Shown: one piece after another, positions 13,834 to 24,309 of the stretch
How the letters are laid out: each line of letters begins with the position of its first letter
How positions within the stretch are numbered: position 1 is the first letter of the stretch
Assembly: GCA_032718475.1 (NCBI GenBank)
Contig: JAUCBJ010000312.1
Span: 1 to 50,740, forward strand
Reading direction: 5' to 3'
Length of the DNA stretch: 50,740 bases
DNA from: Nemertoderma westbladi
Lineage: Eukaryota; Animalia; Xenacoelomorpha
Program-made: the position numbers and the translations under genes
The notes under the pieces: model-generated
Told to the model about the DNA's origin: nothing
Seen by the model: only the letters and a program-made list of their open reading frames with translations
Database searches by the model: none

Positions 13834-14212
13834 CAATACTATGACAATATCACTGGTCATAAACTGTATTCCAATAGCTCCTTCACCTATATGACATTAT
13901 CTTTGGCCTGAGTGAGAATCTTCTGTAACTCCCAGTGTTGCACTGGTGCAACATGCGGTTTTTCAATGATATTATTGAAAATATCCATCTACAGGGTCAA
14001 GCTTGGATATGTTGGAAACTACATACACTTGTCCAGTCAAAAATATCTTAATAGACGACCGTATCTTAATAAACTATCTTTACTGTGAGATCTGTTATCA
14101 ACAACCAAAGACAGGTATTTTGAGTTGGATTAGAGTAAGCAAGACTTGTGCCACAATATAAATATACCTACAGTAAGTAATATATTACATAATTTGATCT
14201 AGACAGTATATT

Positions 14213-14457
14213 AGAGACAGGAGGGGAATCTAGACGCAAAAAACGGCCTTGGAGAATTAATATCCCGCCTCAATGTTGAATTCTCAATTTAGGGAAAGGA
14301 GCAGGTTACAGTCGCACGATATTTTAACCAAAACAATAAACTAAACACAATAGAACATACTACAGTTTTATTTTTGAAAGTAATCATCTGTTATTTGCGT
14401 CCAATTTCTCCTGGAGAGGGATGAATTTTTATTGCGTCCAGTTTCCCCCCTATCTGG
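14213..14457. mobile_element. ~240-bp MITE, copy 2
   Basis: Colinear with 1485-1726. Termini ggggaatctagacgcaa / ttgcgtccagtttcccc. Confidence 0.8.
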
Positions 14458-14802
14458 TATATTACAGTACCAATAAATAGTAAGAATTACGAACTCACCT
14501 CTAGAACTTTGTCGATATATACTAAATATACTAAACTACTATACGTAATATATCACTATAATCTTAGACTAATGTCTTAATCAGGTTAAATCTTAATCTA
14601 TCAATATATCACTATAATAAGGTCTCACTATAATAAAGCTGCGGGGCCGTCGCGCAGCACGAGAGCGTATATGAAAAATACTAAACAATTTATGGGCAAT
14701 TATTATTATTATTATCAATTGGGCAGTTAGTGTCACTTTATTCGATTTAGGTCGCTTTATTCGTTTTTGTGATTAAAATATAAAATTTAGGTACTTAACA
14801 TT

Positions 14803-15000
14803 CAGAATGGAATCCCTTGTATTTGGATTTCTTCATCTGGATAATAGAGTCCAGCCATTTCTCTGACACAGAATGGAATCCCTTGTATTTGTATTTCTTC
14901 ATCTGGTTAATAGAGTCCAGCCATTTCTCTGACACAGAATGGAATCCCTTGTATTTATATTTCTTCATATGGATAATAGAGTCCAGCCATTTCTCTGACA
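14803..15000. repeat. 66-bp tandem repeat x3
   Basis: cagaatggaatcccttgtatt...ccatttctctgaca starts at 14803, 14869 and 14935. The same unit occurs x2 at 31036-31167. Confidence 0.95.
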
Positions 15001-15819
15001 CTTTGAAAATTGTTCTCATATTCATTTCTACATTGTCGATATATGAAAAGACTCGGATATTTTTCTCAAATTTCCCGAGAAAATTTTTTGATGTTTTTCT
15101 CACATTTGCTGAGAAAAATTTTACCAAAAATTGCAAAGATTTTAGATTAAACATGGTTTTCTCAATCAATATTTTTATTATACAACCAAAACAATAAATG
15201 GTCACTTCAGGAGTAACAGTTTTAAGGGCCTCCACCTGTGCTGTACTGTTACTGCTGTACTGTAGGTAGTTATACAGTAGTAACGGTGCTGTGTTCTGTA
15301 ACCGTCTCCTTCCCCTCAATTGGTTTATGACGTGTGTTACTTATATTATGTGGAGGCCCCCAAACAAGTTGATCCCGCCACTTCAATTGTGGGAAAGGAG
15401 CAGGTTGCAGAGGCGGGCTTTTCTAACGAAAACATGAGACTACATCTAATGGAGCTGTTGTCAGGTTGTGTTTATTTGCACCAATCCACCAATACTGGTG
15501 AACCAGTACAATAAATAACAGTTGACAGTAATACTGCAGTTGTTAAAAATTCAGTGCCCCTGAAACGGAAACTGGAAAGAGCCATTCGTCGTGGTTAGGG
15601 AATAGGCTTCGTATATTTTGATATTTTGGTGAGAAAAGCTTCAGGCAGTCAGGCTAGATTGAATTTAATTAAACCAGATAAAAACCTTAAAGAACAAAAA
15701 CTAAACTCAGAACTATCATAACTGTCACTATAAATAAACAATTGCCGGTACTCTGACCAGTTTGGCGGCAATTCGGACTAAAGGATGTTTACTATACAAA
15801 TCAAATCATAGTAACTCAC

Positions 15820-16716
15820 CGATACCGAAAACTGTAGATTTAGAGGCGAACTGAAGGTTGTAGGTGTTGGGAAGGTTTAAGTTGAAGTCGTCTAGAGACT
15901 GAGTAGTGAGGGTTGGTGAGGAGCTAGTGTCTGTTGGGATATTGTGACGGATTCCATATGATACATCTATAGGGGAGAACAAATCGCCCAAGCCATTGCC
16001 AACCTCGTTTAGGTCGGGTTTATATTCCAGTTCGTCTTCCGTCTTAATGCGTAGTCCTACCGGAACATCTGACCGGTCTGATAAAGGTTGGGTAGAATAA
16101 TGGTTTGAGTTGATTGTGGTTACTGCAGTACTGCGGGAGTATCGTAATAAAGTTGAACTGGCTGTAGTATTATTCGATTCAGATTCAATGGGGTTTGGTT
16201 TGGTGTCTATCGGACTCAGTTTGGGATCTATTTGTCTTTGTTCTCCCGGTAGGTCTGCCTGGTTGAGATGTTGTAACCTAACCACAGGCTGCATAGAGGA
16301 GGGTTCAGTAGGTGGCGTGCGTTGATTTGAGTACCGTATCGAGATTGCGGATGTTTTCCTGTCGCAGGATTGTCATTGTGGTGGTACGTAGGTGTCGACG
16401 TCGATGTCGTCAATGGACACTGCGGCATACTGGTCTCGCGGTTACCGGTAGTTGGGACAGTGTCCGGTGATTGAGTCGTGTTATCCGAGGAGGTGGAGGC
16501 GTTGTTAGACCCAGTAGAGAGTGAACGCAGCAGCCATTCGCTAATATGACCTGCCGTACATTTCCTAACAACATAATTGTCCAGAAAACTCGAGTTCGCG
16601 TCCAGGTATTCTTCGAGAAACGTCCGCACAAACGAATCATTTTCTGAACAGATGTTCGCGAACATAGATTTGGTAATTAGCAATGCGTTGTCCGACTCAC
16701 AAGTAAACCGTTCCAT
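15820..16716 (-). pseudogene. First coding exon of a putative ZnF-gene paralog (copy 1): PDE-N-like motif plus S/T/P-rich linker; one 5-bp frameshift
   Basis: ORFs 16228-16716 and 15806-16294 join into one frame (PQSRYSNQRTPPTEPSSMQPV) if ccgta at 16334-16338 is removed. Donor ATCG|gtgagt at 15820/15819. Paralogous to 31436-32376. Contains IKTEDELEYKPD. Confidence 0.7.
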
Positions 16717-17098
16717 TGTCTGTTTGACTTCAGAGTTCAGGTTGCAAGTCTGAGGTCGTCCCGGTGCGGTACAGTACGATAAGCAAAGAATAGTATTTCT
16801 TAATACTGTAATAGGCCTAAATCAGTAAATGCCTAATGCAGTAATACAGTAATATGCTTGTAAATAATCAGTAATCACCTTCACCTTTGCTAAAAACCAA
16901 CACTTATGTTATATAAGTCGGTACAAAGTGTGCGAAAGTCATCAATCGCGCTTGGATTTACTTGGCTTTCGACGAGTCATTGCACAAACATATTTCGCGC
17001 GTTTTAGAAACAATAGAGGGAGCAGCAGTTTGTTTCCTGCACCGAGATTGCCTGTTGATAAGTGAGTTTTAACTTGTTTCAAGCCATTTCACACCAAA

Positions 17099-17191
17099 TA
17101 ACTCTATATAATGATGTTTTGTGTATTATACACAAAACATCATTATATAGAGTTACACGAATATAGTTTATACTATAAACTATATTCGTGT
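17099..17191. repeat. Two abutting perfect palindromes (28-bp and 18-bp arms, each with a 1-nt spacer)
   Basis: taactctatataatgatgttttgtgtat-t-atacacaaaacatcattatatagagtta (17099-17155) and acacgaatatagtttata-c-tataaactatattcgtgt (17155-17191). Confidence 0.95.
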
Positions 17192-17386
17192 TAGTTTTAA
17201 AAAAAAAAACATAATAAATATAGGCTATGTCACTAGGCTACTGTCAGAATAAACTTAACAGTTATATTTCACGCAATAATCTCCAGTTCCATTTTTTTTT
17301 TGGAAAAAAGTGTTATTTTTATGAGTTTTGTATATAAACCCAGCTACCCATTACAAAAAAATCAAAAAAAATCGAGGTTAGGTATA

Positions 17387-19389
17387 CAGTCGGGGTCTCA
17401 AAGTGCATCTGTTCTTTGAGATTTTCTCAAAGAACTAAAAGTGTCTCAAATTTCTAAAAGTGGTCCAAGAAAATGACAAAGTGTCCTCAAAGATTTCAAA
17501 GTAGTACTGTCAGTCATTTCATACAGTCCTGCCTGAAGCTGGCTATGGTATGGGGTATATTGACTTTGACTATAGGGTAAAATATAAGTAATAAAAAACT
17601 CTATGAAACAATAAAAATGCCTTCAAAAAATACTGCAGTAATAAATATTTGTTACTGAAAGTAAGAATTAAACTTACTGCAGTAATAAATAATTGTCTTT
17701 TTCTGCAGTAACAAATAATTTGTTACTGCGGTATAAATTTTTATTCAATTATTTATTAATTTATTAATATTGATTATTGCAGTAATAAATATTTGCTACT
17801 GCAGTAATAAATATTTGTTACTGCGGTAATAAATATTTATTACTGCAGTAATAAATATTTGTTACTGCAGTAATTGTTATATGTTACTGCAGTAACTAAT
17901 ATTTAATACGGCAGTATTTTTTGTAGGTATTTTTATTGTTTCATAGAGGATTTTATTAATTTATATTTGGACTCTTTAGAGACGCCATAATTGCGGGTTA
18001 TCGGAATGTGTTGGTATTTGTGTCTTAGACAGTTTGTCTATGTTGCCCTATCTATATTAATGTATAGTGCTAATACTATACTGTTTAAATTTGTTTAGCC
18101 CACGTGAACGCCGAATACCTTTACCAATGCATTTCAATGGTCAACCAGCCATACTTTGCCGCACTGTAAATTGTGTTATACAAAGTAAAGAATAACGATA
18201 GAGGCAGGAATAAAGATAAATGATTCAAGCGCACTAATTGGCTGTTCCCATAGATGTTTTAGGTATTGTTGTTGCGCAATGCATAATGGTCAGAGCGACC
18301 GCCCAGTCTGCCAAAATCTATTATGTAATCAAATGGTACCACAAGCCAAGCAAAGCATGTGACAGTTATTTCCGACTCTGTACCTGTTTGTTTGAAGGTC
18401 GCCGTCCGTGGGTCGCTACTCACTAGCTGTGATTGATAGTTTAAACTGGGTGCCACTTTGCCAGAAGGCGGTACACATCAATTGAATATGAGGCAAACAT
18501 TTAAAATATGCTCAAATATAAACGCCAGCGGCAGGGGATATTTTAATATCTCTATTAAGCTAAAACAACACAAGATTGTAGCCGTTCTATCGTACTTGAA
18601 AGTCGAAAGCCTTTCTTAGTTTTTAAGAAGGAATTCTCGCGCTCTCGTAAACATAGTTATCATATTAATTAAACAGTTAAGGTAGTACGGTTTGACCTGA
18701 GGCTGAGGTGACTAATGAAATGAATAACAAATGTTATTACAAGCTTTCTCCCAACAGGGCTTCTTTATGTCATTATAATGAAACTGCGTATACACAGAGA
18801 TACTACAGTGCAGTTTCTCTTATATTAATTGTTAAGCTGATATTGTATTATGTTATTAAAATAATCAATCTTGTCAAGTATTAATCTTGTTTCACTAATT
18901 ATGTTTCATGTATTATTTGAATGAATGTTTTTTAGAAAGACTTTAGGGTGCCGTAAATTCAATTTGTACTTGCGACCGAAAACCCATCCCGTAATGACCT
19001 CAGGAACCTCAATTTGATAAATTAATGGTAATATAGCTTCTATGAAACAACTGGCCAGCACACAAGTATCACTTTGTTGCCCGCATAATATTATTCCCCG
19101 AGAATGCCTCTGCCTCTCAGTTAACTTACCACGAGCTGTCAATCAGGAATACCTCGGAGTTTATTTTCTCAAAGAATTAAAAGTGCCGCAAACTACCTCA
19201 AAGTGACATTTCTCAAAGAATTCAAAGAATTCAAAGTGCCTAAAAGCAGGAAATCACTTTGAGATTCCCAACTAAAAGTGTCTACAAGAATTCAAAGCGG
19301 CCGTTTGGAGTAATGTAATGACTTTTAGACACTTTTAGAAAAACTTTGAGAAAAACTCAAAGAACAGATGCACTTTGAGACCCCGACTG
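17387..19389. mobile_element. Non-autonomous Tc1/mariner-superfamily DNA transposon (TA TSD, ~45-bp TIR)
   Basis: ta|cagtcggggtctcaaagtgcatctgttctttgag ... ctcaaagaacagatgcactttgagaccccgactg|ta. No transposase ORF. Confidence 0.85.
17571..17978. mobile_element. Nested MITE with ~65-bp imperfect TIRs and an internal palindromic array
   Basis: ctctatgaaacaataaaaatgccttcaaaaaatactgc is inverted at 17911-17948. The interior repeats tactgcagtaataaatatttgt. Confidence 0.7.
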
Positions 19390-19919
19390 TATATGGGTTA
19401 ATGTTATATTAAATCTCTGAATAACTGGAGAGTTTTAAGAAATATCCGAACTTGGAAATTTTGCAATTTGGCATAGGCCTATACAACGAAGAGAGCTACT
19501 CCGACTCAAATTGTAATTCTGTAAGGCAGTGATTTTTTATGTCCTTTTATTTGACTTTTTTGTCCTCCTTTTTTTCGAATTGTGCATAATGACTTTTGTT
19601 GTCCTTTAAATCACTTTTATTGTCCTTTTAATGACTTTTTATGTATGTATTTCTTCAAACTGTCAGACAGATGATTTCTGGACTGTCCGACAGTTGATTT
19701 CAACATGCCTATGCCAAAACATTCAAAATTTGTTGATTTCTGGTCTGTCAGACAGTTGGTTTCACTATGCCTGTGCCAAAACATTCCATGATTCCATGAT
19801 TTATAGACTATGAGATAGAATTCCATATGCGCCTGTGGTAAAAGACTCTAAATTTAATAGTTTGTGGTTGTTGTCGATAATCGATTACCACATGACGTAG
19901 CAAAACACTCATTTTATAG

Positions 19920-20520
19920 CCAAAAACAATTACCAATTGATGGAAAGGAGCAGGTTAAGGCCGGATTTTCTAACCAAAACAATACACAATCACTTTACCA
20001 AATCAGGGAAAGGAGCAGGTTACAGAGGCGGGATTTTCTAACCAAAACAATAAACGATTATTTAACTAATTGAGGGAAAGGAGCAGGTTACAGAGACGGG
20101 ATTTTCTAACCAAAACAATAAACGATAACATTACCAATTGAGAGAAAGGAGCAGGTTACAGATGCGGGATTTAACCAAAACAATAAACAGTCACTTTACC
20201 AAATCAGGGAAAGGAGCAGGTTACAGAGACGGGATTTTCTAACCAAAACAATAAACGATAACATTACCAATTGAGAAAAAGGAGCAGGTTACCGAGGCGG
20301 GATTTCCTAACCAAAACAATAAACGATCACTTAATTAATTGAGGGAAAGGGGCAGGTTACAGAGGCGGGATTTTTAACCGAAACAATAAACCGTCACTTT
20401 ACAAAATGAAGGAAAGGAGCAGGTTACAGAGGCGGGCCTTTCTAACCAAAACAATAAACAGTCACTTTACCAAATCAGGCAAAGGAGCAGGTTACCGTTA
20501 CAGATGAGGCGGGATTTTAA
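19920..20520. repeat. ~68-bp tandem array (~9 copies)
   Basis: gggaaaggagcaggttacagaggcgggattttctaaccaaaacaataaac recurs at 20006, 20074, 20142, 20207 and onward. The same motif lies inside the MITE copies and at ~15391. Confidence 0.9.
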
Positions 20521-20827
20521 TGTAATCTATATTACTACTACTATTATCAGACTATTATTACTACTATTACTATTATTTACTAGCTTATTTATGTAATATT
20601 TTAGCTTAATCTATTAGTTTAATTACGATTTACTGTGCGCGTACGTAATCTTAATTACATTCTACCGTAAAACATTACCAATATTATAATTAATATTTAC
20701 CCCGACTGGGGTTGTATCTTATTGTAAACAAATATTACAAGCTGACAAGCTAATAATGCTGTTGCGATACGGTTGTTTATTTCATATGTTGGCCCTGAAA
20801 AGGGCCATTTGGGTTGGTTAAGGTATA

Positions 20828-21896
20828 CTGCTACCTGAGGGTAGGGGTTGGCGCTACTCCTGTCTGCTACCCGAAGGTAGGGGTATGGCGCTACTCCTAT
20901 CTGCTACCCGAGGGTAGGGGTTGGCGCTACTCCTGTCTGCTACCCGAAGGTCGGGGTTGGCGCTACTCCTATCTGCTACCCGATGGTAGGGGTGGGCGCT
21001 ACTCCTATCTGCTACCCGAGGGTAGGGGTGGGCGCTACTCCTATTTGTTACCCGAGAGTAGGGGTGGGCGCTACTCCTATCTGCTACCCGAGGGTAGGGG
21101 TGGGTGCTACTCCTATCTGCTACCCGAGGGTAGGGGTGGACGCTACTCCTATCTGCTTCCCGAGGGTACGGGTTGGCGCTACTCCTATCTGCTACCCGAA
21201 GGTAGGGGTGGGCGCTACTCCTATCTGCTTCCCGAGGGTAGGGGTGGGCGCTACTCCTATCTGCTTCCCGAGGGCAGGGGTGGGCGCTACTCCTATCTGC
21301 TTCCCGAGGGTAGGGGTTGGCGCTACTCCTATCAGCTACCCGAAGGTAGGGGTGGACGCTACTCCTATCTGCTACCCGAGAGTAGGGGTGGGCGCTACTC
21401 CTATCTGCTACCCGAGGGTAGGGGTGGGCGCTACTCCTATCTGCTTCCCGAGGGTAGGGGTGGGCGCTACTCCTATCTGCTTCCCAAGGGTAGGGGTTGG
21501 CGCTACTCCTATCTGCTACCCGAAGGTAGGGGTGGACGCTACTCCTATCTGCTACCCGAGAGTAGGGGTGGGCGCTACTCCTATCTGCTACCCGAAGGTA
21601 GGGGTGGACCTACTCCTATCTGCTACCCGGGAGTAGGGGTGGACGCTACTCCTATCTGCTACCCGGGGGTAGGGGTGGGCGCTACTCCTATCTGCTACCC
21701 GAGGGTAGGGGTGAGCGCTACTCCTATCTGCTTCCCGAGGGTAGGGGTTGGCGCTACTCCTATCTGCTACCCGAAGGTAGGGGTGGACGCTACTCCTATC
21801 TGCTACCCGAGAGTAGGGGTGGATGCTACTCCTATCTGATACCCGAAGGTAGGGGTGGGCGCTACTCCTATCTGCTACCCGAGGGTAGGGGTGGGC
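20828..21896. repeat. 36-bp G-rich minisatellite (~30 copies)
   Basis: Unit ctgctacccgagggtaggggtgggcgctactcctat. Unit length is a multiple of 3, which explains ORFs 20814-21839 and 20983-21636. Confidence 0.97.
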
Positions 21897-21899
21897 AGT

Positions 21900-22488
21900 A
21901 CAGTACAGCAGTACTGCAGTACCGGTTGCCCGTAGCTCTGTAAGCTTAGTTCTGTGGTTAGTTGTTAATCTTTTAATCACTACTGACTACACCGACAGAC
22001 CGATACGACCTGACTACGGCCAACCCGGCAGCTTTACCTTACCAATCTTCAGAAAGACCGGTAATTCCGTAGGATTAGTTAGTCAGTAGTTGAATATATA
22101 GTCTATTGAAAATGGATGACGAGGACAATACACCTGACTTATCTCGATCAGAACTGGCTGAACTGCGCCATCGAATAAACAATAGATTAAACGAGATAAG
22201 TGGTCGTATTGGGTCACCGTCATGGACTCCATCACGTACCAGTGTCGGTACTCCCACTGGCAGCAATAGGATGATTTCTGCAGATGGTAGACCTGAAACC
22301 GGTAATGACGGTACTCACACTGATACTCAACGAAGACAATGAGCATCAGTTACATTAGACTACGTACTACCATCATTACGTAGATCGGTAGTCAGTAGTG
22401 CTGTAGTGATTAAACGATTAAACAACTAACCACAGAACTAAGCTTAGTTACAGAGCTACAGGCAACCAGTGCTGCAGTACTGCACTGA
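21900..22488. repeat. ~90-bp inverted repeat arms enclosing ~390 bp
   Basis: cagtactgcagtaccggttgcccgtagctctgtaagcttagttctgtggttagttgttaatc...actactgactac (21900-21990) is inverted at 22388-22488. Confidence 0.85.
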
Positions 22489-22558
22489 TAGACTGAAAAG
22501 GGAACGACAATTTACTGCACTGTACTGAGACAGTATTTTAATTTTCCCTCCAAAATGT

Positions 22559-22836
22559 TTGAATTATATTTGATTAATTTCTGTTTCTGGTTGAATTATA
22601 TTTGATTAATTTCTGTTTCTGGTTGAATTATATTTGATTAATTTCTGTTTGTGGTTGAATTATATTTGATTAATTTATGTTTCTGATTGAATTATATTTG
22701 ATTAATTTATGTTTCTGGTTGAATTATATTTGATTAATTTATGTTTCTGGTTGAATTATATTTGATTAATTTCTGTTTCTGGTTGAATTATGTTTCTGGT
22801 TAAAATTAATTAAATTGGCCACATTCAGCCACCGTA
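22559..22836. mobile_element. 32-bp tandem array (~7.5 copies) ending in an IS3EU-like terminus
   Basis: Unit ttgaattatatttgattaatttctgtttctgg, followed by attcagccaccgta (22823-22836). That 14-mer is the exact reverse complement of the first 14 bp of the element at 32684. Confidence 0.6.
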
Positions 22837-23247
22837 TTCCAGTCCTGGTATTAATTAATATTCTAGAAGTCCATGCTACAACATACTGACATACAAGAAC
22901 TAAGTAATACTTTATCCATTAAATTTTATTACATGTTACTGTATGAGTACATTTTACACACTTTATACTTATACAGTAAGAGTTCTTAAAAACGGATAAA
23001 AATGCATTACCCGGATCTCAGCTAATAATGAATATCAACTAAATGCCAAACTGCCTTTGGGAACTGTTAAGGAATCATTACTACAATTCTCCGAATGCAC
23101 GATCTGGCATTTTGGCATTTACGCTGGTTGCAATTATTTAGAATGTCAAAGTCCAGTCAAATCAAATCAGTCAAATCCAGATTGCCAAAGTGCCTTTTGG
23201 GAACTATTCGTGTGACTTAGCCACACGTTGTTTCCATTCTTTTTCTT

Positions 23248-23320
23248 GCCGATTAGTGGAATGGTTACTTCGCTATTATTACTTACTAACATAGTCTAGA
23301 GTTCGATCCCGGCCGTATCT
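23248..23320 (+). mobile_element. tRNA-derived SINE head or tRNA pseudogene
   Basis: A-box-like tagtggaatggtta and B-box gagttcgatcccggc at tRNA-like spacing. No valid anticodon arm. Confidence 0.4.
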
Positions 23321-23443
23321 GTTTTGTTTGCATTTTAATTTGATTATTTAATATTATTTAACAATCATCACTTTAATCGTGTCAATGACTTAACTTTTTT
23401 TTTATTAGATAGAAACACCCCCACGACGGGGTAAATTTAATTA

Positions 23444-24309
23444 GGATAGTACTAGATCGTGACAACAGTCGAAAACAGGCGAAAACAGACGAAAACAAGC
23501 GAAAACAGTTGGAATTTAGGGAAAACAGTCGAAAACAGTTAGATCGTTTAAAAATAATCATCCATACATCCAGGTGAAAATAGATATTGAAGTTAACTAG
23601 GTGTAATAATAGATTTAAAATTTAGTGGCATTTATAATGTCGCTAACTTAAGATGACGTACCCATGTACAATAACACAGTGCCCGTACTGCCGTACCGGT
23701 ACCTGTTGTAGTTACTGTACCCGTACCGGTTGGGAAGAACCGTATTTAATTTATTATTTTTGCAGAGATGCACTTTATTGATTGTTTACAGTAGTAGTAG
23801 CTAGTACTGTAGGCCTAAGTCTGAACTACGTGTCTGTAAGAACGATTCTAGGTACGTAAAATACATACCACATAGGCCTATTTAATTTTCAGCATTAAAT
23901 AAATTTGTTTGTTCTGATAATGGCGAAACCGCTGGAAGCGAAGATACCGGAACTTCGTATTTCAACTTCTATCGGTGCCGGTACGGGTTACGGTACAATA
24001 GACTCACTGAATACTCTATTCTGTAGGCTTACTAGTGCCGTACTGGAGTAATCCATAATCATGCAACGGGAAATCAGTGTTATTGTACATGGGTTATGGG
24101 TAGAACGTCATCTTAAGTTAGCGACAATATAAATGCCACTAAATTTTAAATCTATTATTACGCCTTGTTAACTTCAATATCTATTTTCACCTGGATGTAT
24201 GGATGATTATTTTTAAACGATCTAACTGCTTTCGTCTGTTTTCCCTACATTCCAACTGTTTTCGCTTATTTTCGCCTGTTTTCACTGTTGTTACAATCTA
24301 GTACTATCC
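23444..24309. mobile_element. Non-autonomous DNA transposon with ~230-bp TIRs
   Basis: ggatagtactagat...ccatacatccaggtgaaaatagatattgaagttaac...cccatgtacaataacac is inverted at 24077-24309. TTAA lies near both flanks (Kolobok-like, uncertain). Confidence 0.8.

Noticed and set aside
14795-15319. 174-aa ORF with KKYKYKGFHSVSEKWLDS repeats
   Set aside because: It derives from the 66-bp tandem repeat and AT-rich sequence, with an overlapping antisense ORF and no motif.
20814-21980. 341-aa RGG/Tyr repeat protein
   Set aside because: A 36-bp unit explains the open frames in several phases. There is no ATG start or non-repeat domain.
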